Source of the DNA: an uncultured Gemmatimonadales bacterium
GTDB lineage: Bacteria; Gemmatimonadota; Gemmatimonadetes; Gemmatimonadales; GWC2-71-9
Length of the DNA stretch: 64,000 nucleotides
Direction of reading: 5' to 3'
Assembly: GCA_963748815.1 (NCBI GenBank)
Contig: CAVVKJ010000014.1
Location: 139,262 to 203,261, forward strand
The notes below the pieces were generated by a model. That model ran no database searches and was not told where the DNA came from. It was given only the letters and a program-made list of their open reading frames with translations. Shown here piece by piece: positions 19,800 to 29,756 of this stretch. Positions within the stretch are counted from its first letter, which is position 1; each line of letters starts with the position of its first letter. Position numbers and translations under genes: made by a program.

Positions 19800-20394
19800 G
19801 CGGTGTGCTTGAGGGCCCGAGTTCCCCGTGCAACTGACCGTTCCAAACGGGTTCCCTGCCGATGCTGGTGCCGCTCTTGGTCGAAGGCAACGACGCACCG
19901 TCCGTCCGGGGAGCGCGTGACCGTCGCGGCGGCGGACCAGGCCGTCGTGGTGGCGCTCAGGAAGGTGACCGTCACCTCGTCGGAGGCGCGGAAAGCCCAG
20001 CTCCTCGATATCACTGGTGTAGCTGTTGCTGTCCGCGTAGAAGTTGTCTTCGGCGTAGGCGAGCCTGTCCAGGTCGTCGTGCGCTCGGTACATCCGGTGC
20101 TTCGCCCGGCCCTCGGACCCCATCGCCAAGGGATGGCTGCGTAGGCCGTTGATCCCAGCGCGACAAGAATCGGCGACCAGGCCACGGCCAGGGACATAGG
20201 TGCTTCCGGCGCACGAACAGGACGACCGTGGCAGCGAGCCAGAGGATCACCACTCCGAGCGCAACGAGGGCCAGGGTGCCACCGGATCGGCCCGTGAAGA
20301 ATATCACGCCACCGAACCCGAGGAACACAAACCCCCATATGAGGGTGAGGAAGACTGCGACAGTGCCCAGCACCGCAATGACGGCTCGTTGCAT
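19800..20394 (-). pseudogene. Frameshifted membrane protein with pilin-like C-terminal domain
   Basis: GAGGAG SD. Consecutive pieces in different frames: MQRAVIAV..., APMSLAV..., HDDLDRLAYAEDNFYADSNSY, FRASDEVTV...WSAAAT...RCVV. 3' end approximate. Confidence 0.5.
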
Positions 20395-20470
20395 GAGTTC
20401 TCCTCGGGGGTGACACGACGAACGCCCCGCTCAGTCCTCGAGGGCCAAGCGGGGCAAGTAGTTGCACTGA

Positions 20471-20544
20471 TGGGCGATGAGGGGCTCGAACCCCCGACCT
20501 CGCGCATGTGAGGCGCGCGCTCTAACCAGCTGAGCTAATCGCCC
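20471..20544 (-). tRNA. tRNA-Val (CAC), CCA not encoded
   Basis: Reverse complement GGGCGATTAGCTCAGCTGGTTAGAGCGCGCGCCTCACATGCGCGAGGTCGGGGGTTCGAGCCCCTCATCGCCCA, followed by TCA. Confidence 0.93.
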
Positions 20545-20561
20545 GGTGTTTCGGGAGCGGG

Positions 20562-20591
20562 AGTCTAACGGGGGCCGGCACGGTCGGGCAA
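20562..20591 (-). promoter_or_regulatory. Probable sigma70 promoter of tRNA-Val
   Basis: TTGCCC-18-TAGACT on the minus strand just upstream of the tRNA. Confidence 0.5.
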
Positions 20592-20603
20592 GTCCGGAAG
20601 CGG

Positions 20604-21617
20604 CTAAATCAACCCACCGCGCCGGAGCCGCCCGATCTGGTCGAAGCGCTCGTCGTGCATCGCCAGCACCTCCTCCGGCGAGACCGTGGCCACCCCCGAC
20701 TTCCCGACCTCGATCCCCGCCGCGATGTTCGCCAGCTGCGCCGCCTCCCGCACCGTGGCCCCCGCCGCCAGGCACGTCCCCACCCACGCCGTCACCGTGT
20801 CACCGGCTCCCGAGACGTCGTACACCTCCCGCGCCAGCGAGGGGAGATGGATCGTCTTCTTGTCCTTCGTGACCAGCACCATCCCGTCGGCGCCAAGGGT
20901 CAGGAGCAAATTGTCCACCTTGAGTCGGCCCAGCGCCTCCGGCAGCGCATCCCGGTGCTCGAGGTCCACCGCCGCACCGAGGGCCGCCTCCATCTCCCGC
21001 CGGTTCGGCTTGAAGACGGTGGCGCCGGCATAGTCGAAGAACTGGCGGAACTTCGGGTCCACCACGACCGGAATCCCCCGGGTCTTCGCGACATCCATCG
21101 CGGCGCGAATCAGCGCCGGCGCCAGCAACCCCTTGTTGTAGTCCTCCAGCAGGAGCGCATCGGCGTCGGCCAGCGCTTCCTCGACCTTGGCCCGCACCCG
21201 CTCCAGTTCCGCCCCCTCCAGCAGTCGATCGACCTCCTCGTCGATGCGCACCACCTGCTGGCCCCGGGCCAGCACCCGCGTCTTCGACGTCGTCGGCCGG
21301 CCGGCCGTGGTCTCCACAAAGGCGTCGGTGAGCTGCAACGTCGCCATCTCGGCGCGGAGCGCCCGGCCGGTCGGGTCGTCACCCACCACGCCGACCAGCC
21401 GGCAGGTGGCCCCCATCGCCGCCACGTTGGCCGCGACGTTGGCGGCCCCACCGAGGGCGGCGCGATGCTCCCGGACACTGACCACCGGCACCGGCGCTTC
21501 AGGCGAAAGCCGTTCCGTGTCGCCAATCAGGTAGCGGTCGAGGATGAGGTCGCCGACCACGACGATGCGGCAGGAACCCATCCGCTCGATGAGCTTCAGG
21601 ACGCGGTCGCGGGGCAT
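20604..21617 (-). CDS. rfaE1: D-glycero-beta-D-manno-heptose-7-phosphate kinase (PfkB family)
   Basis: GDLILDRY, RLSPEAPVPV, GGAANVA, DVSGAGDT. Confidence 0.9.
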   Translation of the reverse strand: MPRDRVLKLIERMGSCRIVVVGDLILDRYLIGDTERLSPEAPVPVVSVREHRAALGGAANVAANVAAMGATCRLVGVVGDDPTGRALRAEMATLQLTDAFVETTAGRPTTSKTRVLARGQQVVRIDEEVDRLLEGAELERVRAKVEEALADADALLLEDYNKGLLAPALIRAAMDVAKTRGIPVVVDPKFRQFFDYAGATVFKPNRREMEAALGAAVDLEHRDALPEALGRLKVDNLLLTLGADGMVLVTKDKKTIHLPSLAREVYDVSGAGDTVTAWVGTCLAAGATVREAAQLANIAAGIEVGKSGVATVSPEEVLAMHDERFDQIGRLRRGGLI

Positions 21618-21760
21618 CGGCGGGGGTGGGGAACTGGTGCGCACGGCAGGTCCTCGGAATGGTGGGTGCTGGCAACCCCCGAAACGTGCTTTCAGGCCGG
21701 GAAAAGGGGAAGGGGAGCGTCCGACCCCGGCCGCGCCTCGCTCCGCTATCTTTGAGCCCT

Positions 21761-22813
21761 ATGGCAAGCAACCCCTTCCGCGTCGAATCGACTCGCGGCA
21801 CCCTCGTCGAGTCGGTCCACGCCGTGTCGCTCGCCGTGACGGACGCCGCGGGCACGCTCGTCGCATCGGCGGGAGACCCGGAGATGGTGACGTTCTGGCG
21901 CTCCGCCGCCAAGCCGTTCCAGGCGATGCCGATGGTCGCCGACGGGGCGGCGGACCACTTCGGGCTCGGCCCCGATGCCATTGCGCTCGCCTGTGCTTCC
22001 CACTCCAGCGAGCCGGAACAGGTCGACCTGGCGCGGCGGATGCTCGCAGCCATCGGCTGCACCGAGGACGACCTGGCGTGCGGACCGCACGCCCCCCTCT
22101 CCACCGCCGTCCACGAGCTGGCCCTCCGTTCCGGCACCGTACTGACGCCCGCCTGGAGCAACTGCTCGGGGAAGCACAGCGGCATGCTGGCCCTCGCCCG
22201 TCACCACGGATGGCCGATCGAGGGCTACGAGCGGGCCGGCCATCCCGCGCAGGACCGCATCCTCGACGAGCTGGTCCGGTGGACCGGCGTCCCGCGCGGG
22301 TCGATCGCCCTCGGCGTGGATGGATGCACCACCGTCTGCTTCGGGATGCCGCTCAGCGCCATGGCGCTGGCCTACGCGCGGTTCGGCGTGAGCGACGAGC
22401 CCGCCGCCGTCCGCGTGCGGACGGCGATGCAGGCGCACCCCGAGCTCGTGGGCGGCACTCGCCGGCTCTGCACCGACCTGATGCGGGAGTCCAGCGGACG
22501 CATCGTCGCCAAAATCGGCGCCGAGGGGGTCTACAGCGCGGCCTGGCCTGAGTTGGGGCTCGGCTTGACCCTGAAGGTGGCGGACGGCGACATGCGAAGT
22601 GCGCAGGTGGCGCTTCTGGGTGCACTGTCGAGGCTGGCGAGGGCATTCAACGCGGAACTGCCGCTCGCGTCCCTCGCCTTGCACGCGGAACCGGTCATTC
22701 GCAATACGAAGAAGGAGCCGACCGGCGTGCTCCGCGCCGCCGGCGATCTGCGCGTTCATGCGCCCCTTGGCGTCCCGACGATGCCGACGACGAACAGCGT
22801 GCAGCTATCCTGA
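21761..22813 (+). CDS. L-asparaginase II family (Rhizobium AnsA type)
   Basis: RSAAKPFQA, NCSGKH, DGC and AKIGAEG motifs. Confidence 0.88.
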   Translation: MASNPFRVESTRGTLVESVHAVSLAVTDAAGTLVASAGDPEMVTFWRSAAKPFQAMPMVADGAADHFGLGPDAIALACASHSSEPEQVDLARRMLAAIGCTEDDLACGPHAPLSTAVHELALRSGTVLTPAWSNCSGKHSGMLALARHHGWPIEGYERAGHPAQDRILDELVRWTGVPRGSIALGVDGCTTVCFGMPLSAMALAYARFGVSDEPAAVRVRTAMQAHPELVGGTRRLCTDLMRESSGRIVAKIGAEGVYSAAWPELGLGLTLKVADGDMRSAQVALLGALSRLARAFNAELPLASLALHAEPVIRNTKKEPTGVLRAAGDLRVHAPLGVPTMPTTNSVQLS

Positions 22814-23455
22814 TGTCGAGCGACGCCCCGCTGGACGCCCCGACCGTTGGCCCTCCTTCGCCTCGCGGCCGCCGTCGCGGCGGGCGACGAGCCCGCGCTG
22901 GCGCGGAGTGCGGCGGAAGCGCTGGAGCTCCAGGTGGATCCTGCCTGGATCGAGGAATTGCTGCTGCAGTCGATCCTGATGGTGGGGTACCCCCGGGCAC
23001 TGGTGGCCTTCGCGACGTGGCGCCAGGTGAGCGGCACGTCCGCTCCCGCCTCGGATGCCGACGCCGAGTACGCTCGGCTCGCCGAGTGGGAGGTGCGCGG
23101 CGTGGCCACCTGTGAAACGGTGTACGGCGGCAACTACGCGAAGCTCCGCCGCAACGTGCGCGACCTGCACCCCGCGGTCGACCGCTGGATGCTGGTCGAA
23201 GGGTACGGCCGGACGCTGGGACGCCCGGGGCTGGACCTGCGCCGGCGGGAACTCTGTACGGTGGTGCAGACGGCGGTGCTTCGCACCCATCGGCAGCTGC
23301 ATTCGCACCTGCGCGGGGCGCTGCACGGCGGTGCCACCGTCGGGCAGGTGGAATCGACCCTGGCAGTGGCGCGGCCGCTCGTTCCCGCCGTGGAGTGGGC
23401 CGAAATCGAGAGACTGTGGGTGGCGGTACGCGCCGGCTGGACGGAGGAGTCCTGA
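22813..23455 (+). CDS. Carboxymuconolactone decarboxylase family protein (apparent indel near 22846)
   Basis: ATG22813 overlaps the upstream TGA. The main frame has EELLLQS, GYPR, RRELCTV, QLHSHLRGAL. Confidence 0.75.
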
Positions 23456-24480
23456 TGTTCATTGATCGTGCAGTGGTGAAAATCATCGCGGGGACCGGCG
23501 GCTCCGGTGCCTCGTCCTTTGCGCGCTTCAAGTTCAAGCCGAAGGGGGGGCCGGACGGCGGCGACGGCGGGCACGGCGGCCACGTGTTCATTCGCGGCGA
23601 CGCGAACCTCGCCACCCTCCTGGACTATCGCTACCGGACCATCTGGAAGGCGGGACGCGGCGAGCACGGGAAGGGAAAGACCAAGACCGGCGCCTCCGCG
23701 GACGACATTTACATGCCGGTGCCGCCGGGCACCGTGGTGCGCGACGTCGAGACCGGCGAGGTGATCGCCGAAATCCTGCACGACGGCGACGTCTTTCGTG
23801 TGGCGCGCGGTGGCCGGGGCGGGCGGGGCAACGCGCGCTTCACCACGCCGACGCACCAGGCCCCGCGGGAATGGGAGCCGGGCGAGGAAGGGCAGGAGCG
23901 GGACGTCGAACTGGTGCTCAAGCTCATTGCCGATGTGGGGCTGGTGGGCGAACCGAACGCCGGCAAGTCCACCCTCCTCTCGGTGCTGAGCGCGGCGCGG
24001 CCCAAGATTGCCGACTACCCGTTTACCACGCTCGAGCCGAATCTCGGCGTGGTGCAACTCTCCGGCTCGCGGACCTTCGTCCTCGCCGATATTCCCGGCA
24101 TCATCGAGGGAGCGCACGAAGGGAAGGGGCTGGGCCTCAAGTTCCTGCAGCACGTTGAGCGGACCCGCGTCCTCGCCTTCATGGTGCCGCTGGATGCGCC
24201 CGATGCGCAGGCCGTCTATGACCAGCTCCGCGCCGAGGTGCGCCAGTACTCGGCCACGCTCGCGGAGCGGCCCCATGTCCTCGTGCTCACCAAGCGGGAC
24301 CTCCTCCCCGAGGGAGACGCCGTCCCCACGCTGGACGCCCCCGGCGCGGACCGGCAACTCACCATCTCGAGCGCATCCGGGACCGGCCTCGAGGAGTTGA
24401 AGGAATACCTTTTCAAGTTCGTGGCGGACGCCCGGGCCCTGGAGCCGCCGCCATCCGACGACGATTGGCCGCCGGAGTGA
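23455..24480 (+). CDS. obgE: GTPase Obg
   Basis: MFIDRA, GGPDGGDGG, GEPNAGKS, DYPFTT, DIPG. Confidence 0.97.
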   Translation: MFIDRAVVKIIAGTGGSGASSFARFKFKPKGGPDGGDGGHGGHVFIRGDANLATLLDYRYRTIWKAGRGEHGKGKTKTGASADDIYMPVPPGTVVRDVETGEVIAEILHDGDVFRVARGGRGGRGNARFTTPTHQAPREWEPGEEGQERDVELVLKLIADVGLVGEPNAGKSTLLSVLSAARPKIADYPFTTLEPNLGVVQLSGSRTFVLADIPGIIEGAHEGKGLGLKFLQHVERTRVLAFMVPLDAPDAQAVYDQLRAEVRQYSATLAERPHVLVLTKRDLLPEGDAVPTLDAPGADRQLTISSASGTGLEELKEYLFKFVADARALEPPPSDDDWPPE

Positions 24481-25601
24481 ATCGAGGGGAGGTATCCGGT
24501 CAGGAGCGCGCGGCGCAGGTGGCGCTCGCCCTGGTCAACGGAATCGGGCACGCCCGACGCACCACCCTCCTCGATGCCTGCTCGACTGCCTACGGCGCCC
24601 TTTCGGCGCCGTTCGAGTTTTTGCGCGCCCTCCCCGGGATTTCCAGCGCCTGCGCCACCGCCATCAAGGCCACCTCCGTCGCCCAGGGTGAGCGAGTCCT
24701 CAACGAGGTCGAGGCGCACGGCGGCGTCTGCCTCGTGCCGGCCGACGCGGTCTATCCCGGGATTCTCACGGACATTCCGGAGCCGCCGGGCGTGTTGTTC
24801 GCCCTCGGGCAACTGGAGTTGCTCGACCGACCGGCCGTCGCGATTGTCGGGAGCCGCAACCATTCCCCTTACGGCGCCGACGCCTGTCGCATCGTGGTGC
24901 AGTGCGCGGTTGAGCGCGGGCTCTGCGTCGTGAGCGGGATGGCGCGCGGACTCGATGCGGTGGCGCACCTGGCGGCGCTCGATTTGGGGAGGGACACGAT
25001 CGGCGTCCTCGGCAACGGGTTCGGGGTCATCTACCCCTCGGCCAACCGGGTGCTCTACGAGCGGATGCGGCGGGAGGGACTGCTGCTCACGGAGTTCCCG
25101 CCTGGCAACCGGCCGAACGCAGGGAGCTTCCAGCGTCGAAACCGGCTCATCAGCGGACTGGCGCGGGTCACTGTGGTGGTCGAGGCGGCGTCGGGGTCAG
25201 GGACACTGATCACGGTGGACGCCGCGCTCGCGCAGGGACGAGATGTGATGGTGGTGCCCGGTTGCATCACCAGCCCCACCTCCGTCGGCACCAACCGACT
25301 CCTCCGCGACGGCGCCACCCCGTTCCTCGAGCCGACGGACCTGTGGGCGCTGTATCCGGAGCTGGGTCCTGCGCGCTCCGCCGGGGCCGCGCCCGCGCCT
25401 CCGGTCGAGCCTCCGCCCTCGTTGCCCCTCACCTCGTTCGAACGCCGGGTGTTTCAGACGCTGGACCGCACCCCGCGGCACCTCGATGCACTCATCGAGG
25501 TGGTCGGCGCTCCGGCGGCGGACCTCCTGCCGGCGCTCTCCGCCCTTGAGATGCACGGGGTCGTTCGTCAGGAGGCGGGGCGACGCTTTCTCCGCGCCTG
25601 A
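24477..25601 (+). CDS. dprA: DNA-processing protein DprA
   Basis: AIVGSR, VSGMARGLD, RNRLISGL, C-terminal winged helix. Confidence 0.93.
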   Translation: MNRGEVSGQERAAQVALALVNGIGHARRTTLLDACSTAYGALSAPFEFLRALPGISSACATAIKATSVAQGERVLNEVEAHGGVCLVPADAVYPGILTDIPEPPGVLFALGQLELLDRPAVAIVGSRNHSPYGADACRIVVQCAVERGLCVVSGMARGLDAVAHLAALDLGRDTIGVLGNGFGVIYPSANRVLYERMRREGLLLTEFPPGNRPNAGSFQRRNRLISGLARVTVVVEAASGSGTLITVDAALAQGRDVMVVPGCITSPTSVGTNRLLRDGATPFLEPTDLWALYPELGPARSAGAAPAPPVEPPPSLPLTSFERRVFQTLDRTPRHLDALIEVVGAPAADLLPALSALEMHGVVRQEAGRRFLRA

Positions 25602-25638
25602 CTTTCTTCCACTCGCGCCGGGCTGTACCCTTCCTGCC

Positions 25639-26739
25639 GTGAACCTCTATATCCACGTTCCGTTCTGCGCCCGCCGATGCAGCTACTGCGATTTCTCGAT
25701 CGCGGTCCGGAAGCGCGTTCCCTCTCGCCGCTTCGCCGAGGCGGTGCTGACCGAGTGGCGCGGCGTCCAGGACGACCCGGGATGGGACGCATCGCCGGAG
25801 CTTCAGACGGTGTACTTCGGGGGAGGCACCCCGTCACACCTCGAACCCGCGGACCTGGCCGCCATCCTCGACGGGCTGCGCGCCGATCGTCGCCTGGCCG
25901 CCGACGCCGAGGTGACGCTCGAAGCGAATCCCGACGATGTCACCCCGGAGGCGGCCGCGTCCTGGCGGGCGGGCGGCATCGCCCGGGTGTCCCTCGGCGT
26001 GCAGTCCTTTGCCCCCGGGGTGCTGGCCTGGATGCACCGGACCCATACGGCCGACCAGGCGCGCGCTGCCGTGCGGACGCTGCGCGGCGCGGGGTTCGCC
26101 GACCTGTCGCTGGACCTCATCTATGGGCTCCCTCCCGAGGCCCCGCGGAATTGGGAGGCCGACCTCGACGAGGCCTTTTCCCTCCAGCCCGACCACCTCT
26201 CCTGCTACGGATTGACGATCGAGGCGCACACGCCGCTCGGGCGCTGGGCCGCCAGGGGCCAGGCGACGCCGGTCGACGAGACGCGGTACGCGGAAGAGTT
26301 CCTCCAGTTGAGTCAGGCGCTGGGTGACCGGGGGTGGGAGCACTACGAGGTCTCGAACGCTTCACGCCCGGGGCACCGGGCGCGGCACAACAGCGGGTAC
26401 TGGGACGGCACCCCCTATCTCGGCCTCGGTCCCTCGGCGCACAGCAGTACGGATGGCGAGCGGCGCTGGAACATCCGGGAGTACGCGGCGTGGGACGCCG
26501 CGATTCGCGCGGGGGAAGCAACGATTGCCGGGAGGGAACGCCTCTCCGCCGACCAGCTGCGCCTCGAGGCGCTCTACCTTGGGCTTCGCACTTCGGCCGG
26601 GGCGCCGGCCGGCCTGGTCGCGACCGGGTTGCGGGATCGCTGGGAAGCCTCGGGGTGGGCAGTCACGTCGGAGGGGCAACTCCGCCTCACCGCCGAGGGG
26701 TGGCTGCGGCTCGACGCGTTGGTGGCCGACGCCGCCTGA
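25639..26739 (+). CDS. hemW: Radical SAM heme chaperone
   Basis: LYIHVPFCARRCSYCDF, GGGTPS, HYEVSN...HNSGYW. Lies upstream of hrcA. Confidence 0.92.
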   Translation: MNLYIHVPFCARRCSYCDFSIAVRKRVPSRRFAEAVLTEWRGVQDDPGWDASPELQTVYFGGGTPSHLEPADLAAILDGLRADRRLAADAEVTLEANPDDVTPEAAASWRAGGIARVSLGVQSFAPGVLAWMHRTHTADQARAAVRTLRGAGFADLSLDLIYGLPPEAPRNWEADLDEAFSLQPDHLSCYGLTIEAHTPLGRWAARGQATPVDETRYAEEFLQLSQALGDRGWEHYEVSNASRPGHRARHNSGYWDGTPYLGLGPSAHSSTDGERRWNIREYAAWDAAIRAGEATIAGRERLSADQLRLEALYLGLRTSAGAPAGLVATGLRDRWEASGWAVTSEGQLRLTAEGWLRLDALVADAA

Positions 26740-26752
26740 TTAGATTCCCCCC

Positions 26753-27787
26753 ATGGCTTCCGCCGAACACCTCACCTCCCGCCAGCTCCACGTCCTCGAG
26801 GCGGTCATCCAGACCTATATCGAGACGGCGGAGCCCGCCGGCAGCCGGACCGTGTCCCAGCGGTTCGGCCTCGGCGTGTCGTCGGCGACGGTCCGGAACA
26901 TCATGAGCGAACTCGAGGACCAGGGGCTGCTCTATCACCCGCACACCTCGGCGGGCCGCATCCCGACCGACCTCGCCTACCGGGTGTACGTCGACAGCCT
27001 CATGCAGCTGTCGCCTCCGAGTGACGAGGCGCGCCAGACGCTCCAGGCGGAACTCCCCGGCTCTCGCAACGCCATGGACCAGCTCCTCCGCCGCACGGCG
27101 CAGGTGCTGGGCGTGCTCACCCAGGAACTGGGTGTGGCGGTCGCCCCGGCGTTCAATCACATCGTGCTGGAGCGGCTCGAGCTGGTCCAGGTGTCGAGCG
27201 AGCGCATCCTGATGGTGCTCACCCTGCGAAGCGGCGCCGTCCGGACGGTCTTTGTCGAAGTGCGGGGGAACATCGCCAAGGCGGCGCTGGAGCGGGTCAC
27301 GCAGGTGCTGAACGAGCGCCTGGCGGGGCTGACGGTCGAGGAAATCCGCGTGTCGCTGGCCGAACGGCTGCGCGATGCCACGATGGAGCCGGACAGCCAC
27401 GAGCTGCTGAACATCTTCCTCGCCGAGCGGGACGAGATCTTCGACCTCTCCGGGGAGGGACGCGAGGTGGTGCTCGGCGGCGCGGAGTTGCTGGCCGACC
27501 AGCCCGAGTTCGCCTCGAACTCGAAGATGCGCGACCTGCTGCACCTGACCCAGCGCCGCGACCTGCTGCGGACGGCGCTCCAGACCCGGGGCGAAGGACT
27601 GACCATCACCATCGGCGGCGAGAACCTCGATCCCCGCCTCAACGATTTCACGCTGGTCACCGCCTCCTACCGCGCCGGCGAACTGCGCGGCGTCATCGGG
27701 GTCCTCGGGCCGACCCGGATGCCCTACGACAAGATCATCGGGCTGGTCGAACACACGAGCCAGCTCGTCGAAGGATTGCTGACGTGA
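26753..27787 (+). CDS. hrcA: Heat-inducible transcription repressor
   Basis: SSATVRN, PHTSAGRIPT, GPTRMPY. Confidence 0.96.
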   Translation: MASAEHLTSRQLHVLEAVIQTYIETAEPAGSRTVSQRFGLGVSSATVRNIMSELEDQGLLYHPHTSAGRIPTDLAYRVYVDSLMQLSPPSDEARQTLQAELPGSRNAMDQLLRRTAQVLGVLTQELGVAVAPAFNHIVLERLELVQVSSERILMVLTLRSGAVRTVFVEVRGNIAKAALERVTQVLNERLAGLTVEEIRVSLAERLRDATMEPDSHELLNIFLAERDEIFDLSGEGREVVLGGAELLADQPEFASNSKMRDLLHLTQRRDLLRTALQTRGEGLTITIGGENLDPRLNDFTLVTASYRAGELRGVIGVLGPTRMPYDKIIGLVEHTSQLVEGLLT

Positions 27788-28917
27788 GCGATTTCTATTC
27801 GTTGCTGGGCGTCGAACGCGGCGCGACCGAAGAAGACATCAAGAAGGCCTACCGCAAGCAGGCGATGGAGCTGCATCCCGACCGCAACTCGGCGCACGAC
27901 GCCGAGAGCCGGTTCAAGGAGGTCACCGAGGCGTACGAAGTGCTCCGGGACCCCCAGAAGCGCGCGGCCTACGACCGCTACGGCAAGGCGGGGCTGGGTC
28001 GGGGTGGCGGCGGGTTCGAGTACCACCATGTGGACCTGACCGAGGCGCTGAACATCTTCATGCGCGACTTCGGCGGCCTCGGCGGATTCGAGTCCCTCTT
28101 CGGCGGCGGAGGCGGACGCGCCGCGGCGGAAGCCCGGCGCGGGCAGGACATCCGGGTTACGGTGAAGATGACGCTCGCCGAGGTGGCCACCGGCGTCAAG
28201 CGGACCATCAAGCTCAAGACCCTCGATGCCTGCGAGCATTGCGAGGGCACCGGCGCGCAGAAGGGAACCCACGCGGCGGCCTGCAGCACCTGTGGCGGAG
28301 CCGGTGAGGTCCGCCGGGCCGCCCGCAGCGTGTTCGGGCAATTCGTCCAGGTGGCGGCATGCCCCACCTGCGGAGGGGAGGGGACGGTCATCCGTACCCC
28401 GTGCGAGGTGTGTCGCGGCGAAGGACGCATCCGGGCCGAACGCACCGTCCAGGCGGAGATTCCCGCCGGCGTGTCCACGAACAACTATCTCACGATGCGC
28501 GGCCAGGGGGCGTCCGGCCCCCGCAATGGCGGCAAGGGCGACCTCCTCCTCCTGATCGAAGTCGAGGAAGACGACCGCTTCGAGCGGCAGGGCGAGCACC
28601 TCGCCACCGACCTCCCGCTGTCGTTCTCCCAGGCGGCCCTCGGCGGAACCTTTCCCGTCCCGACGCCGTGGGGCGAAGAGGAGGCCGTCGTCCCCTCCGG
28701 GACGCAGACCGCGACCGTGCTCCGCCTGAAGGGCAAAGGGCTGCCGCGCCTCGGGCAGTCGGGACGCGGCGACCTGCATATCCGCATCAACGTCTGGACA
28801 CCGGAGCGATTGAACTCGGAGCAGGAGCGGCTCTTTCGGGAACTCGCTGAGCACGAGGGCGATCCCCCCGGACACGGCAAGGGCTTCTGGTCCCGCATTC
28901 GCGAGGCGCTCGGCTGA
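27784..28917 (+). CDS. dnaJ: Chaperone DnaJ
   Basis: J-domain HPD, four CxxCxGxG repeats. Confidence 0.97.
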   Translation: MSDFYSLLGVERGATEEDIKKAYRKQAMELHPDRNSAHDAESRFKEVTEAYEVLRDPQKRAAYDRYGKAGLGRGGGGFEYHHVDLTEALNIFMRDFGGLGGFESLFGGGGGRAAAEARRGQDIRVTVKMTLAEVATGVKRTIKLKTLDACEHCEGTGAQKGTHAAACSTCGGAGEVRRAARSVFGQFVQVAACPTCGGEGTVIRTPCEVCRGEGRIRAERTVQAEIPAGVSTNNYLTMRGQGASGPRNGGKGDLLLLIEVEEDDRFERQGEHLATDLPLSFSQAALGGTFPVPTPWGEEEAVVPSGTQTATVLRLKGKGLPRLGQSGRGDLHIRINVWTPERLNSEQERLFRELAEHEGDPPGHGKGFWSRIREALG

Positions 28918-29756
28918 TGGGATGGTGGGCCGTAGACGTCTCTCCGTCGGGGCCCTCCACCGGGAACGCGCTGGCGGCGTGGCTGGTCGCCCGCACCGGC
29001 CAGGCCATCGAGGAGCGGGACGACGGCACCCTCGTCACCTTTGCCGAGGACGAGCCCGCGGCCCGTGCGCTGGTGGAGGCTATCGGCGGGAGTCCGGATG
29101 GGTCGGCGACTGCTCGCATCCGGCCGCTCGACGTCGTGGACTGGTCCACCCGCTGGCGCGACGGGCTTGCCCCGCGCCGGTTCGGCCGGCTGATCGTGGC
29201 GCCGTCGTGGACCGACGCGAACGCCGGCGCCGGCGACGTGGTGGTGGTGATCGACCCCGAAATGGCCTTCGGCACCGGTGAGCATGGCTCCACTCGCGCT
29301 GCGCTGACCTTGCTGGAACGCCATCTTTCGCCTGGGCAGTCGGTGCTCGACCTCGGCAGCGGCAGCGGCATCCTCTCCATCGCGGCGATCCGGCTTGGTG
29401 CATCTCGCGCGACCGGCATCGAAATCGACGACGAGGCCAACGTGGTGGCCGCCCGAAACGCCGAGCAGAACGGCGTGGCCGCCACCTGCACATTCCTCGA
29501 CGGCGACGCCGCCCTCCTCGCGCCGCTCCTCGGTCCCGTGGATCTGCTGCTCTCCAATATTCTCCGCTCCGTCAACGTGACCCTCCTGCCCGCGATCCGG
29601 GACGCGCTGTCTCCCGGCGGTCTCGCCATCTTCTCGGGGATGGAGGAGGCCGAGGCGCCGCTGTTTCGCCCGGTGCTCACGGCGGCCGGCTTCGAGATCG
29701 GGGACGAGGTACTCGACGCGGCGTGGTGGGCGGTGTCGGCTCGGCGGGGTCGATGA
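28917..29756 (+). CDS. prmA: Ribosomal protein L11 methyltransferase
   Basis: IDPEMAFGTGEHGST, VLDLGSGSGIL. Confidence 0.92.
   Translation: MGWWAVDVSPSGPSTGNALAAWLVARTGQAIEERDDGTLVTFAEDEPAARALVEAIGGSPDGSATARIRPLDVVDWSTRWRDGLAPRRFGRLIVAPSWTDANAGAGDVVVVIDPEMAFGTGEHGSTRAALTLLERHLSPGQSVLDLGSGSGILSIAAIRLGASRATGIEIDDEANVVAARNAEQNGVAATCTFLDGDAALLAPLLGPVDLLLSNILRSVNVTLLPAIRDALSPGGLAIFSGMEEAEAPLFRPVLTAAGFEIGDEVLDAAWWAVSARRGR

Larger units (their letters stand above)
19684..20470. mobile_element. tRNA-Val-anchored mini-islet without integrase
   Basis: Bounded by the tRNA 3' end and its direct repeat. Carries one gene. Confidence 0.6.

Noticed and set aside
25600..27790. CIRCE operator near hemW/hrcA/dnaJ
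   Set aside because: No TTAGCACTC-N9-GAGTGCTAA seen.
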